In this document: positions 1 through 9,880 of the stretch, piece by piece
Numbering within the stretch: the first letter of the stretch is position 1
How the letters are laid out: each line of letters starts with the position of its first letter
NCBI GenBank assembly: GCA_947631295.1
Contig: CANRKU010000004.1
Coordinates: forward strand, 1-62,851
Length of the DNA: 62,851 nt
Direction: 5' to 3'
Source of the DNA: an uncultured Bacilli bacterium
GTDB lineage: Bacteria; Bacillota_I; Bacilli_A; RF39; UBA660
Program-made: the position numbers and the translations under genes
The notes under the pieces: generated by a model
Seen by the model: the letters and a program-made list of their open reading frames with translations, nothing else
Database searches by the model: none
What the model was told of the DNA's origin: nothing

Positions 1-172
1 ATGCAACTATTTATATTTTTTGAGTTAAACGCAATCTTTTATAATAAGTGGGTTGCATTTAGAAAAAAATTTGAGGAGATATACATTTTATTACTGAAAA
101 ATAAAAAAATAGTTTCCTTTTTTATAAATCTGTGTTATAATTTTCAGGTAATTGTATAGGAAGTGACTAACT

Positions 173-1987
173 ATGAAAAAAAGAAATATTGCTATTATCG
201 CACACGTAGACCATGGAAAGACTACTTTAGTAGATCAAATATTAAAATCAAGCGGAACTTTTAGAGAAAATGAAGATGTTTCTCAAATATCTATGGATTC
301 TAATCAACTTGAAAAAGAAAGAGGAATAACTATTTTAGCAAAAACAACAGCTATTAATTATAAGGATTATCGTATTAATATAATGGATACCCCAGGACAT
401 GCCGATTTTGGTGGGGAAGTAGAACGTATTATGAATATGGTGGATGGAGTACTTTTAGTAGTTGATGCTTATGAAGGAACAATGCCACAAACTAGATTCG
501 TATTAAAAAAAGCATTGGAAGCTGGAGTAAAGCCTTTAGTTGTTATTAATAAAGTTGATAAGCCAAGTGCTAGAGTAAACCAAGTAGTTGATGAAGTACT
601 AGATTTATTTATTGAACTTGGTGCAGATGATGACCAATTAGATTTTAAAGTAGTCTATGCCTCTGCTATTAATGGTACTTGTAGCTTAGATCCTGATATT
701 AGTACACAAACGCCTGGATTTAATGAATTATTAGATTTAATTATAGAAGAAATACCAGCTCCATCAGGAAATAGTAATGAGAAATTACAATTTCAACCAG
801 CATTGCTAGATTACAATGAATTTGTAGGAAGAATTGGAATTGGTAGAGTTCATAATGGAAAAATAAAAGTTGGACAAATGGTATCTTGCATTCGTTTGGA
901 TGGTAGTGTTAAGAATTTTAGAATTCAAAAATTATTTGGATTTCTTGGTATGAAAAGGCTAGAAATTGAAGAAGCAGAAGCTGGAGATATTATTGCTGTA
1001 GCTGGGCTTGCTGATATTTCGGTTGGAGAAACGATTTGTGATCAAGGAGAGCATTTGCCATTACCTATTTTACATATTGATGAGCCAACATTACAGATGA
1101 CTTTTGCTACAAATAACTCTCCATTTGTTGGAAAAGAAGGAAAATTCTTAACAGCACGTCAAATTGAAGATAGATTAAATCGTGAATTACAAAGAGATGT
1201 TAGTTTAAGAGTAAGCCAAATTGATGGAGAAAGTTTTTTAGTATCTGGTCGTGGTGAGTTACACTTGTCTATTTTAATAGAAAATATGCGTCGTGAAGGT
1301 TATGAATTACAAGTTTCTAAACCACAAGTAATTATTAAAGAAGAAAATGGAATAAAAATGGAACCATTTGAAGATTTACAAATTGAAGTACCAGAAGAGT
1401 CTGTAGGATCTGTTATTGAACAGCTTGGTACACGTGGTGGTATGATGGAAAACATGACTAATTTTGAAAATCAAGTTAGATTAAATTATGTTATTCCTTC
1501 TCGTGGATTAATTGGTTTTACTACTGATTTTATGACAATGACCAAAGGTTATGGTATTATCAATCACTCTTTTAAAGAATACCGTCCTTTAGAAAGTGTA
1601 AATATTGGAGAAAGAAAATTAGGTGTTTTAGTTTCAACAGAAATGGGAAAATCCTCTGCTTATGCATTAGGACAATTAGAGGACCGTGGAATCATGTTTA
1701 TCGAACCTGGTGTTGAAGTTTATGAAGGAATGATTGTTGGTGAATGTAACCGTGATAATGATTTAGCAGTTAATGTTGTAAAAGGAAAACAATTAACAAA
1801 TACTCGTGCTGCTAGTGCTGATAAAACAGTTGTCCTAAAAAGACCTAGACCAATTACACTAGAAGGAGCTCTAGATTATATTAATAGTGATGAATTAGTA
1901 GAAGTTACACCATTAAGTATTCGTCTACGTAAAAGAATTTTGGATACAGAGCAAAGAAAAAAATTTGATGCAAGAAAATCTAATTAA
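173..1987 (+). CDS. typA: Translational GTPase TypA/BipA
   Basis: 604-aa ORF. G-domain motifs AHVDHGKTT (G1), DTPGHADF (G3) and NKVD (G4), followed by EF-G-like domains. A hairpin terminator sits directly after the stop. Confidence 0.95.
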   Translation: MKKRNIAIIAHVDHGKTTLVDQILKSSGTFRENEDVSQISMDSNQLEKERGITILAKTTAINYKDYRINIMDTPGHADFGGEVERIMNMVDGVLLVVDAYEGTMPQTRFVLKKALEAGVKPLVVINKVDKPSARVNQVVDEVLDLFIELGADDDQLDFKVVYASAINGTCSLDPDISTQTPGFNELLDLIIEEIPAPSGNSNEKLQFQPALLDYNEFVGRIGIGRVHNGKIKVGQMVSCIRLDGSVKNFRIQKLFGFLGMKRLEIEEAEAGDIIAVAGLADISVGETICDQGEHLPLPILHIDEPTLQMTFATNNSPFVGKEGKFLTARQIEDRLNRELQRDVSLRVSQIDGESFLVSGRGELHLSILIENMRREGYELQVSKPQVIIKEENGIKMEPFEDLQIEVPEESVGSVIEQLGTRGGMMENMTNFENQVRLNYVIPSRGLIGFTTDFMTMTKGYGIINHSFKEYRPLESVNIGERKLGVLVSTEMGKSSAYALGQLEDRGIMFIEPGVEVYEGMIVGECNRDNDLAVNVVKGKQLTNTRAASADKTVVLKRPRPITLEGALDYINSDELVEVTPLSIRLRKRILDTEQRKKFDARKSN

Positions 1988-2012
1988 AAGTACTTTCAAT
2001 AGTACTTTTTTT
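1986..2012 (+). terminator. Intrinsic terminator after typA
   Basis: AGTACT (1989-1994) / loop TTCAAT / AGTACT (2001-2006), extended by flanking A/T pairs, then a T7 run (2006-2012). Confidence 0.65.
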
Positions 2013-2042
2013 CTGTTATAATTAATCTATAATAATAAGGGG

Positions 2043-3032
2043 ATGAAAAAAATGAATGAAAATCAAATACCAAACAATAATTCAAATGTAAATAATAATA
2101 ATATTGGAAATCAAGGAGTACCACCAATTCAATCTAACCCAATAAATACAACACCACAAAATTTTGCAAATCCAATACCTAATCCAATAAATACAACACC
2201 ACAAAATTTTGCAAATCCGGTACCTACACCTAATGAAACCGCACCAGTTTCTTCTGTATCGAATGGTAATATACCAAATCCTACCATAAACAATATCACG
2301 AACGTGGGAATGCCTACATCTGTTCCACCAATTAATGATGTAAAAATTGAATCATCTAATGCTACAACTAATATAGAAAATTCCAACATAGAAACCGCAT
2401 CAGTATCTAATGCCTCTAATGATAACAAACCACCAAAAAACAATAAAATTTCTACTATTTTGTTAATTCTTTTGTTTATATTTTTATTTGCTTTTGTAAT
2501 GGGAATGCCTAATATACGTGAATTTGTTCAAAAACTAAAGTCTGATACAGGTTTATCAGAAATAGAGCAAGAAGCAAAACAAGAAGAAGATAGACAAAAA
2601 CAAGAGCAAGAAAGTAAGAAACCAACTTCAACTCCAGAAGAGGAAAAGACTACAGAACTTACTTGTACCTCTAGTAGTCAAACTATTGGTAATTACACAT
2701 TAGTAGAGACTCAAACATTCTCTTATAATAATAAAAATCAAATATTAAATAGTAAAATAATTGCTCACTATACTTTTGCAGTTGTAGATGATAATTATAC
2801 AATTTTAAAACAACAATGCGATGAAAACAGTTTAAAATATCTAACACATAAAGGTTATACGATGGCATGTAGTTATGGTGATGCCAATATTGAAATTAGT
2901 CATGAGTTTGACTTAAAAACGTTTACTCCAATTGTAGAAGGTACAACCAATATTCAAGCAAATGCCACTTATCAACAAGATATAAATACAATTAAAGAAA
3001 CTTTAATAGCACAAGGTTATACTTGTCAATGA
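2043..3032 (+). CDS. Hypothetical membrane-anchored protein with an N/P/T-rich low-complexity N-terminus and a Cys-containing C-terminal domain
   Basis: 329-aa ORF with GGGG RBS-like sequence before the ATG. One central TM helix (ISTILLILLFIFLFAFVMGM). The N-terminal half is N/P-rich with a 15-aa tandem duplication. No recognisable catalytic motif. Confidence 0.6.
   Translation: MKKMNENQIPNNNSNVNNNNIGNQGVPPIQSNPINTTPQNFANPIPNPINTTPQNFANPVPTPNETAPVSSVSNGNIPNPTINNITNVGMPTSVPPINDVKIESSNATTNIENSNIETASVSNASNDNKPPKNNKISTILLILLFIFLFAFVMGMPNIREFVQKLKSDTGLSEIEQEAKQEEDRQKQEQESKKPTSTPEEEKTTELTCTSSSQTIGNYTLVETQTFSYNNKNQILNSKIIAHYTFAVVDDNYTILKQQCDENSLKYLTHKGYTMACSYGDANIEISHEFDLKTFTPIVEGTTNIQANATYQQDINTIKETLIAQGYTCQ
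2139..2218 (+). repeat. Perfect 35-nt direct repeat with 45-nt period inside the coding sequence
   Basis: CCAATAAATACAACACCACAAAATTTTGCAAATCC occurs at 2139-2173 and again at 2184-2218. It encodes NPINTTPQNFANP(I/V)P twice. Confidence 0.9.
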
Positions 3033-3054
3033 TGCATAAATATGCATCTTTTTT
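3031..3054 (+). terminator. Intrinsic terminator
   Basis: GATGCA (3031-3036) / TAAATA / TGCATC (3043-3048) followed by T6. Overlaps the stop codon of the preceding ORF. Confidence 0.65.
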
Positions 3055-3085
3055 AGTTTTCATATAAAAACTTTTATGTTATAAT

Positions 3086-3580
3086 ATGTACGAATGGATG
3101 GTGTCTAGATTGAAAAAGAAAATTCTTGCTATAAGTACAAGTATATTAATATTAGACCAAATTTTAAAATTTTTAGTTACCTCCGTCCTTCATTATAAAG
3201 AAACAGTATTCATTATTCCTAATTTTTTTTATTTAGATTATATAAAAAATCAAGGAGGTGCTTTTAGTATCTTCAAAAATCATCCATTATTATTATTGAT
3301 AGTTGGGATGATTAGTATTGTTTTTTTAGGATATTATATTGATAAAAAAAAGAATTTTCATCTAATTGAAATAATCTACTTAAGTTTGATTATGGGAGGT
3401 ATTTTAGGAAATCTAATTGATAGATTATTATATAATGGGGTCATTGACTATCTTGGATTTATTTTTGGAAATTACTATTTTCCAATTTTCAATTTTGCTG
3501 ATATTAGTATTGTAAGCGGGGTTATTCTATTATTCATAGATAGTATAAGGAGGGATAAAAATGGAGTTAGAAGCATGTGA
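3086..3580 (+). CDS. lspA: Lipoprotein signal peptidase (signal peptidase II)
   Basis: 164-aa four-TM protein with conserved LspA blocks: NQGGAFSIF, GGILGNLIDR and FPIFNFADISI (catalytic Asp residues). Canonical lspA-rluD gene pair. Confidence 0.85.
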   Translation: MYEWMVSRLKKKILAISTSILILDQILKFLVTSVLHYKETVFIIPNFFYLDYIKNQGGAFSIFKNHPLLLLIVGMISIVFLGYYIDKKKNFHLIEIIYLSLIMGGILGNLIDRLLYNGVIDYLGFIFGNYYFPIFNFADISIVSGVILLFIDSIRRDKNGVRSM

Positions 3581-4457
3581 AGATAATATAAGGATTGATC
3601 AATATTTAGCTTCTAATTTAAAGATTAGTCGTAGTAAAATTCAAAAATTAATTAAGCAAAATAAAATTTTAGTAAATGGTAAAAATATTAATAGTAGCTA
3701 TTTAGTAAAAGAAAAGGATTCTATTTTAATTGATGATGATTTAGATTTTGAGGTCTCAGTTGATAAAGAAAATATCCCTATTGATGTAGTTTATGAAGAT
3801 GATTATCTACTCATCATTAACAAAAAATCAGGAATGGTAGTTCACCCTGCTCCAGGTAATTATCATGGTACTTTGGTTAATGCTTTACTTTATCGTTTTT
3901 CTTTAAGTAATTTAGATACAGTAAGACCGGGTATTGTTCATCGAATAGATAAAGATACTAGTGGTTTATTAGTAGTTGCGAAAGATGATAAAACACATGA
4001 ATTATTGAGTGATATGATTAAAGAAAAAAAGATTGAAAGAATTTATTATGCATTAGTGGATGGTATCATTCCACATGAAACAGGAACTATCGATGCACCA
4101 ATTGGAAGAGATCCTAATAATCGAGAGAAAATGAAAGTAACAGATATCAATAGTAAAAATGCTATTACCCACTTTAAAGTATTAAAAAGATTTCCAAATG
4201 TTAATCAAACTTTAATTGAATGTAAATTAGAAACTGGTCGTACTCATCAAATACGTGTTCATATGGCATACATTGGATATCCTATTTATAACGATCCTGT
4301 TTATGGAAAAAGAAAAGAAACAACAGAATTTGGCCAATTTCTTCATTCTAAAAAGATTACTTTTATCCATCCAATTACTTTAGAAAGAATAGAAAAAGAA
4401 GTAGGACTTCCTAAAGAATTCCAAGATTATTTAGAAAAAATAAATATACAAGAATAA
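3561..4457 (+). CDS. rluD: 23S rRNA pseudouridine synthase, RluA/RluD family
   Basis: 298 aa. N-terminal S4-like segment, catalytic motif HRIDKDTSGLLVVAK, and C-terminal TGRTHQIRVH motif. Overlaps lspA by 20 nt. Confidence 0.9.
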   Translation: MELEACEDNIRIDQYLASNLKISRSKIQKLIKQNKILVNGKNINSSYLVKEKDSILIDDDLDFEVSVDKENIPIDVVYEDDYLLIINKKSGMVVHPAPGNYHGTLVNALLYRFSLSNLDTVRPGIVHRIDKDTSGLLVVAKDDKTHELLSDMIKEKKIERIYYALVDGIIPHETGTIDAPIGRDPNNREKMKVTDINSKNAITHFKVLKRFPNVNQTLIECKLETGRTHQIRVHMAYIGYPIYNDPVYGKRKETTEFGQFLHSKKITFIHPITLERIEKEVGLPKEFQDYLEKINIQE

Positions 4458-4498
4458 TAAATTAGTATATAATGATAAGAAGAAGGAGAGGTAAAATA

Positions 4499-5635
4499 AT
4501 GAATGAGTCTATTAATAGAAAAGATTTAATCGTTATGAAATTACTTCATTATTTTATAACAGAAAGAAATTACAGCCCTATTATTTTACAAGGAGCAGAA
4601 GATGAAATTTGGTTAGAAAATTTAGATAGTGATTATGAAATAGTACGTATTGTATCAAACTATATTCATAATGATGAACAACTAAATTTTGATTTATTTA
4701 AAACAAAGAGAATTGTTTCTAAAATAAAAAGAAAAACTTTTTCACTCCATATGGATGTTTTGACAATTTATACAGATCTAGGAGAAAATGCTCATTTAGA
4801 TAAAGTCAAAAAAATGAATTGTTTATACTTATATGATGAAACAGATTTACAAAAATATCCATTTTTAAAAAACTATTTTCCAGATATGATAAACAAACTA
4901 AATTTTTCTGAAGAAGGATTGCAGCTTTTTATTAAAATTACGAATGATATTAATGAAAAAAACAAATTAGAAGCAGAAAAAGCAGAATCTGTATTTAAGA
5001 AGAAAACACCAATCATTACTTATGCTATCATTATTCTGAATGTATTATTATATTTATTACCTGTCATTTTTGGTATCTATGCAGATATTGTAAATCGTTT
5101 TTGTCTATATGGACCTTATGTTAGAGAATATCATGAATACTATAGACTTATCACGGGTGCCTTTTTACATGCAGATATTTTCCATTTACTATTTAACTGT
5201 TATGCATTGTATATCATTGGTAGTCAATTGGAAAGTTTTATGGGAAAAGGAAAATATATTATTATTTATCTATTTTCGATGATAATGGGAAGCTTAATGT
5301 CAATTACTTTTGGTGATTATCCTAGTATTGGCGCTAGTGGTGCGATTTTTGGTTTAATGGGAAGCTTATTATATTTTGGTTATCATTATCGTATTTATTT
5401 AGGAAACACCTTAAAAAGTCAGATTATTCCATTAATTATTATTAATTTATTATATGGTGCAGTTGTTAGTGGAATTGATAATTTTGCTCATATTGGTGGA
5501 TTAATTGGTGGTGCTTTAATCACAATGGCACTAGGAATAGAATATAAAAGTAGTAAAAGTGAAAAAATAAATGGTATGATTATTACGATCATATTTACAT
5601 GTTTTATGATTTATATGGCGTTTGTCATGAAATAG
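4499..5635 (+). CDS. Rhomboid-family intramembrane serine protease (GluP/YqgP-like, with N-terminal cytoplasmic domain)
   Basis: Rhomboid core motifs HADIFHLLFNCYALY, GASGAIFGL (catalytic Ser) and AHIGGLIGG (catalytic His). Start moved to ATG 4499, which follows RBS AGGAGAGG (4484-4491). The ORF-track start 4472 lacks an RBS. Confidence 0.85.
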   Translation: MNESINRKDLIVMKLLHYFITERNYSPIILQGAEDEIWLENLDSDYEIVRIVSNYIHNDEQLNFDLFKTKRIVSKIKRKTFSLHMDVLTIYTDLGENAHLDKVKKMNCLYLYDETDLQKYPFLKNYFPDMINKLNFSEEGLQLFIKITNDINEKNKLEAEKAESVFKKKTPIITYAIIILNVLLYLLPVIFGIYADIVNRFCLYGPYVREYHEYYRLITGAFLHADIFHLLFNCYALYIIGSQLESFMGKGKYIIIYLFSMIMGSLMSITFGDYPSIGASGAIFGLMGSLLYFGYHYRIYLGNTLKSQIIPLIIINLLYGAVVSGIDNFAHIGGLIGGALITMALGIEYKSSKSEKINGMIITIIFTCFMIYMAFVMK

Positions 5636-5636
5636 A

Positions 5637-5677
5637 AAAATGAGTAAGAGAAATGCAATCTTTTACTCATTTTCTTT
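5637..5677 (+). terminator. Intrinsic terminator
   Basis: AAAATGAGTAA (5637-5647) pairs with TTACTCATTTT (5663-5673). A T-rich tail follows. Confidence 0.6.
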
Positions 5678-5729
5678 GACACCTATTTTAATTTATATTA
5701 AAATATTATTAGAATAAGAGGCGAATATT

Positions 5730-6155
5730 ATGAATAAATTAAAAGAAGAAGCTTTTACTTTAGTAGAGGTGTTAGTAGTAATCATTATTTTGGGAGTAGT
5801 ACTAGCAATCGCAATTCCCTCTGTATCTAATATTTCTAATAATAACAGAAATAGAATGTACAAAGTATATATGGATGTAGTAGAAGAACAAGTAAAAGTA
5901 CTTATTGATGAACATAAGGGTGAGTTGATAAATGATAATCATAATTGCTTTGTATTAAATTATGAAACTTTAGTAAAGCAAAAAATAGTGATTGAATCTG
6001 ATGTTCATTGTGATGGTAGTATTATCATTAGAAAATCTGGAAATCAAAGAAATTTTTCAAGTGAAAAATATCTAACATGTAAAGATAAAAATGGTGATAT
6101 TATTCACGAAAGTGATAGTGTACCTAGTGGATGTTCTAATTTTTCTATAAACTAA
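5730..6155 (+). CDS. Prepilin-type N-terminal cleavage/methylation domain protein (pseudopilin/ComGC-like)
   Basis: 141 aa. N-terminus KEEA-FTLVEVLVVIIILGVVLAIAIPSV matches the type IV (pseudo)pilin class III signal (FTLxE plus hydrophobic helix), with Ala instead of Gly at -1. Four Cys in the C-terminal globular part. Confidence 0.6.
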   Translation: MNKLKEEAFTLVEVLVVIIILGVVLAIAIPSVSNISNNNRNRMYKVYMDVVEEQVKVLIDEHKGELINDNHNCFVLNYETLVKQKIVIESDVHCDGSIIIRKSGNQRNFSSEKYLTCKDKNGDIIHESDSVPSGCSNFSIN

Positions 6156-6213
6156 TAGGATTGGTTGAAAAAAAGAAAAATTCATGTTAAAATAATTACA
6201 ATGAGGTGATATA

Positions 6214-6459
6214 TTGGACTCAAAAACAACATTATATTCAATAGAAGAATTTGATACTGCTTTAGTAGAAGCAATCTTACAAGAGGTATCGCTATCTCTA
6301 AAAGAAAAAGGATATGATCCAATCAATCAGATGGTTGGATATTTAATGAGTGGAGATCCAGGCTATATTTCCTCTTATCAAGATGCCCGTAAAAAAATTG
6401 TTAGTATTGATCGTAGCAAGATATTAGAATTTTTATTAAAAAAAGGGTTGGGAGATTAA
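6214..6459 (+). CDS. ireB: IreB-family regulatory phosphoprotein (UPF0297, YrzL)
   Basis: 81 aa with TTG start 6 nt after AGGTG. Conserved block KGYDPINQMVGYLMSGDPGYISSYQDAR is typical of UPF0297/IreB. Synteny with ruvX. Confidence 0.8.
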   Translation: MDSKTTLYSIEEFDTALVEAILQEVSLSLKEKGYDPINQMVGYLMSGDPGYISSYQDARKKIVSIDRSKILEFLLKKGLGD

Positions 6460-6461
6460 AA

Positions 6462-6878
6462 TTGAAATATTTAGGACTGGATTTAGGTAGCAAAACTTTA
6501 GGACTTGCTATGTCAGATCCTTTAGGAATGATTGCTAGTAGCTATAAAATTTTAAGACATGAAGAAAACTATGATTCATTAATTCCATTATTAAAAGAAG
6601 AAATAGAGAAAAATCATATAGAGGCACTGGTATTAGGATTTCCTAAAAATATGAATAATTCGATTGGAGAGCGAGGAGAAATTGCTTTAGATTTTCAAAA
6701 AAAGCTGCAGGAAGCATTTTCTTTACCAGTTTATATGCAAGATGAAAGATTAACTACAAAACAAGCGGAAAATTTATTAATTTCTAATGATACAAGTAGA
6801 AAAAAAAGAAAAAAAGTAATTGATAGTTTAGCAGCAACAATTATATTACAGAGTTATTTAGATAGAAAGGAAAAATAA
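6462..6878 (+). CDS. ruvX: Putative pre-16S rRNA nuclease / Holliday junction resolvase-like YqgF
   Basis: 138 aa with TTG start. N-terminal LGLDLGSKTLGLAMSD motif and DERLTT block of the YqgF/RuvX family. Confidence 0.9.
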   Translation: MKYLGLDLGSKTLGLAMSDPLGMIASSYKILRHEENYDSLIPLLKEEIEKNHIEALVLGFPKNMNNSIGERGEIALDFQKKLQEAFSLPVYMQDERLTTKQAENLLISNDTSRKKRKKVIDSLAATIILQSYLDRKEK

Positions 6879-6879
6879 T

Positions 6880-7215
6880 ATGAAAGAAAATACATTTAAG
6901 ATGGTTACAGAAGATGGACAGGAAATTACATGTAACGTCTTATTTACCTTTGATAGTGAAGAAACAAATAAAAGTTATATTGCTTATACGGATAATACAT
7001 ATGAAGCAGATGGAAGCATTAAAGCTTATGCTGCAGTATATCACCCAGAAGATTTAAATAAAGGATTTGAACCAATTGAAACGGAAAAAGAATGGAAAGT
7101 GGTAGAAACCATTCTGGAAACAATTCAAGAGGAAGTACGTAATAAAATGGCTAATGCTAATAACAACGATAACGCAAATGAAAATAATAGTGAAGGTACA
7201 AATAGCGAGCAATAA
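6880..7215 (+). CDS. DUF1292 family protein (YrzB-like)
   Basis: 111 aa. The pattern (D/E)GxE..CxVLFTFDSEETNKSYIAYTD...EWKVVE is typical of DUF1292. Conserved position between ruvX and mltG. Confidence 0.75.
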   Translation: MKENTFKMVTEDGQEITCNVLFTFDSEETNKSYIAYTDNTYEADGSIKAYAAVYHPEDLNKGFEPIETEKEWKVVETILETIQEEVRNKMANANNNDNANENNSEGTNSEQ

Positions 7216-7237
7216 GCTCGTTATTTGTTGGTAATTG

Positions 7238-8305
7238 ATGATGAAGAAGTTTCGAAATATTGCACTAAGTATTTTAATTATTACTACGATTGTTATAGTA
7301 GGATGTTGTCTTTTTTATAAATATCAGTTAACGCCTGTTAGTACCTCAGAAAAAATAGTGGAAATAGAAATTCCTACTAACACCTCGGTTAAACAAATAG
7401 CTACTATTTTAAAGGAAAATCATTTAATTCGCGATGAAAAAATTTTTTTAATATATGTAAAATTAATGAAAGCTCATAATATGAAAGCTGGTTATTATGA
7501 TATTCCTAATAATTTTGACGTAAAAGAAATTGTATCCTTACTACAAGAAGGTTCGAAAAAGAATCCAAATGAAATTTCGATTACCTTTAAAGAGGGAATT
7601 AATATTCGAGAATTTGCAACTATTGTTTCTAAAAATACAGTTAATTCCTATGATAATGTGTTATTACTCTTAAAAGATCAAAACTATTTAGATGAATTAA
7701 TCGAAAAGTATTGGTTTATTACAGAAGATATTAAGAATAGTAAATTATATTATTCTTTAGAGGGTTATTTATTTCCTGATACTTATTATTTTACTAGTAA
7801 AGAAGTTTCTACCAAAGAAATTATAGAGAAAATGTTAAATAAAATGGATGAAGTATTATCTAGTTATCGTACTGATTTAGACAAAAATAATCTTAGTATT
7901 CATCAGATTTTAACATTAGCTTCTGTTATAGAAAAAGAAGGAAAAACAAATGATTTTAAAAATATTTCTTCTGTATTTTATAATCGTATAAATCGTAATA
8001 TGGCACTAGAAAGTTGTGCAACTGCTTATTATGGAGTAGGGCTAGATTTTAATGAATTAGGAATTGCTACTAATGAAGTAATTGCGCCAGTAAATGATTA
8101 TAATACTTATAAAATTAGTGGATTACCAGTAGGACCAATTTCTCTTCCTAGTAAGAATGCAATTGAGGCATCGATCTATCCATCAGATACTAATTATTTT
8201 TATTTTCTTTCTGATAATCAAGGAGTAACTTATTTCTTTGCTACTTATTCGGAACATCAAAACAAACAAAAGGACTTAATTGCAAGTGGTAAATGGTACC
8301 GATAA
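7238..8305 (+). CDS. mltG: Endolytic murein transglycosylase MltG (YceG-like)
   Basis: N-terminal TM anchor plus YceG blocks: LASVIEKE, FYNRI, YNTYKISGLPVGPISLP. Confidence 0.9.
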   Translation: MMKKFRNIALSILIITTIVIVGCCLFYKYQLTPVSTSEKIVEIEIPTNTSVKQIATILKENHLIRDEKIFLIYVKLMKAHNMKAGYYDIPNNFDVKEIVSLLQEGSKKNPNEISITFKEGINIREFATIVSKNTVNSYDNVLLLLKDQNYLDELIEKYWFITEDIKNSKLYYSLEGYLFPDTYYFTSKEVSTKEIIEKMLNKMDEVLSSYRTDLDKNNLSIHQILTLASVIEKEGKTNDFKNISSVFYNRINRNMALESCATAYYGVGLDFNELGIATNEVIAPVNDYNTYKISGLPVGPISLPSKNAIEASIYPSDTNYFYFLSDNQGVTYFFATYSEHQNKQKDLIASGKWYR

Positions 8306-8321
8306 AAAGGAGAAGAGTATT

Positions 8322-8924
8322 ATGAATCAAACAGTATATGCCGATATTAGAGAAATGAAAAAATATGCCTTAGATAACAAAGTTCCTATTATGCAAGATG
8401 AAGGCATTGATTATTTAACTACCTTTGTGGTAAAAAATCAAATTAATAGTGTTTTGGAAATTGGTAGTGCAATTGGTTATTCAGCAATTATGATGGCACT
8501 TGCTAATCCTAATTTAAAAGTTACTACCATTGAAAGAGATAGAGAACGTTATTTAGAAGCAGTTAAAAATATTAAACAGTTTCAACTAGAAGATCGTATT
8601 ACTTTAGTATTTCATGATGCCCTAGATGCTAATATTGAGGGAATGTTTGATATGATTTTTATTGATGCTGCTAAAGGACAGAATATTAAATTTTTTGAAA
8701 AATACGAAAACAATTTAAAAGAAGATGGTTATATCATTACGGATAATATGAATTTTCATGGATTAGTTGATAAATTAGATAATGAAATTGAAAGTAAAAA
8801 TCTAAGAGCTTTAGTCCGTAAAATTAGAGATTATCGTACTTTTTTAATCAATAATCAAAACTATCAAGTAGAATTTTTAAATATTGGTGATGGAATTGCA
8901 GTTGCCAAAAGAGAGGAAAAATAA
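8322..8924 (+). CDS. trmR: SAM-dependent O-methyltransferase, class 3 (tRNA 5-hydroxyuridine methyltransferase TrmR/YrrM-like)
   Basis: SAM-binding VLEIGSAIGYSAIMMA and FIDAAKGQ blocks. Start set to ATG 8322 after AAAGGAGAAG; the ORF-track start 8280 overlaps mltG. Sits in the yrrM position of the conserved yrrL-M-N-O run. Confidence 0.8.
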   Translation: MNQTVYADIREMKKYALDNKVPIMQDEGIDYLTTFVVKNQINSVLEIGSAIGYSAIMMALANPNLKVTTIERDRERYLEAVKNIKQFQLEDRITLVFHDALDANIEGMFDMIFIDAAKGQNIKFFEKYENNLKEDGYIITDNMNFHGLVDKLDNEIESKNLRALVRKIRDYRTFLINNQNYQVEFLNIGDGIAVAKREEK

Positions 8925-8947
8925 TCCATAAAATTACTATTAAAATA

Positions 8948-8977
8948 AACACTCTTATGTTATAATAAGGGTGTTTT
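8948..8977 (+). terminator. Intrinsic terminator (possibly partial) after trmR
   Basis: AACACTCTT (8948-8956) pairs with AAGGGTGTT (8967-8975), with one G-U pair, followed by a short T run. Confidence 0.5.
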
Positions 8978-8995
8978 TAGATGTGAGGTTTTGCT

Positions 8996-9880
8996 ATGAA
9001 ATATGTTATCATTCCCAATGATATTGATGAGTTAGATTTCTATAAAGAAAAAGGAATAGATACCTTTATTATAGGATTAGAACATTATGCTATTAATTAT
9101 CCAACTGCTAGTTTAGAAAAAATTCAAGAATTAAGTCAAAAATATTCTCTTTTTATTAGTGTGAATAAAAATATATTTAATTCCGAATTAGAAGATGTTA
9201 AGAATCAATTAATAGAATTATCGAAATTATCTATTCAGGGAGTTTTATTTTATGATTTAGGTATTTTAAATATGGTTCAGGAAAATAGGATATCAATTGA
9301 TTTAGTATGGCATCAAACTCATATGGTAACCAATTATAATACTTGTAATTATTATTATGAAAAAGGAGTAAAAACTGCTTTCTTAGCTAATGAAATTACG
9401 TTAGAAGAAATGTTAGAAATCAAAAAAAAGAGTAAAATTAAATGTATGGTAGAAGTCTTTGGTTATCCGATTATGTCTCATTCTAGGAGAAAATTACTTA
9501 CCAATTATATGAAATCCATTGGAAAAGAAAAAGAGGCTCGTACTTATTTACTAAAAGAACAGGATAATACTTATCGCTTAAAAGAAACAGAAGATGGGGC
9601 ATCAATCTTATCTGGTAAATTAATCAACGGTACTAAACCTCTTTTTTCACTGATTCCAAATCAAATCGATTACTTAGTATTAGATATGCAGGAAGTGGAT
9701 CGAAAGATTGGAAAGCAAGTTATAGATACTTACTTGTATCTTTTCAAAAATATTGATAAAATAGATAGTCAAGAACAAGAAGAAATTATTCAAAAGATGA
9801 ATGCAATCATTGGCAATCATACAAATTTCTTTTATCAAAAAACAATCTATAAAGTAAAGGGTGATAAGAATGAAAAATAA
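8996..9880 (+). CDS. trhP1: Peptidase U32 family protein (YrrN-like; tRNA U34 hydroxylation TrhP-type)
   Basis: 294 aa, U32-family-like TIM-barrel region. Assigned mainly from its position (yrrN slot) next to trmR and the second U32 gene. Confidence 0.7.
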   Translation: MKYVIIPNDIDELDFYKEKGIDTFIIGLEHYAINYPTASLEKIQELSQKYSLFISVNKNIFNSELEDVKNQLIELSKLSIQGVLFYDLGILNMVQENRISIDLVWHQTHMVTNYNTCNYYYEKGVKTAFLANEITLEEMLEIKKKSKIKCMVEVFGYPIMSHSRRKLLTNYMKSIGKEKEARTYLLKEQDNTYRLKETEDGASILSGKLINGTKPLFSLIPNQIDYLVLDMQEVDRKIGKQVIDTYLYLFKNIDKIDSQEQEEIIQKMNAIIGNHTNFFYQKTIYKVKGDKNEK

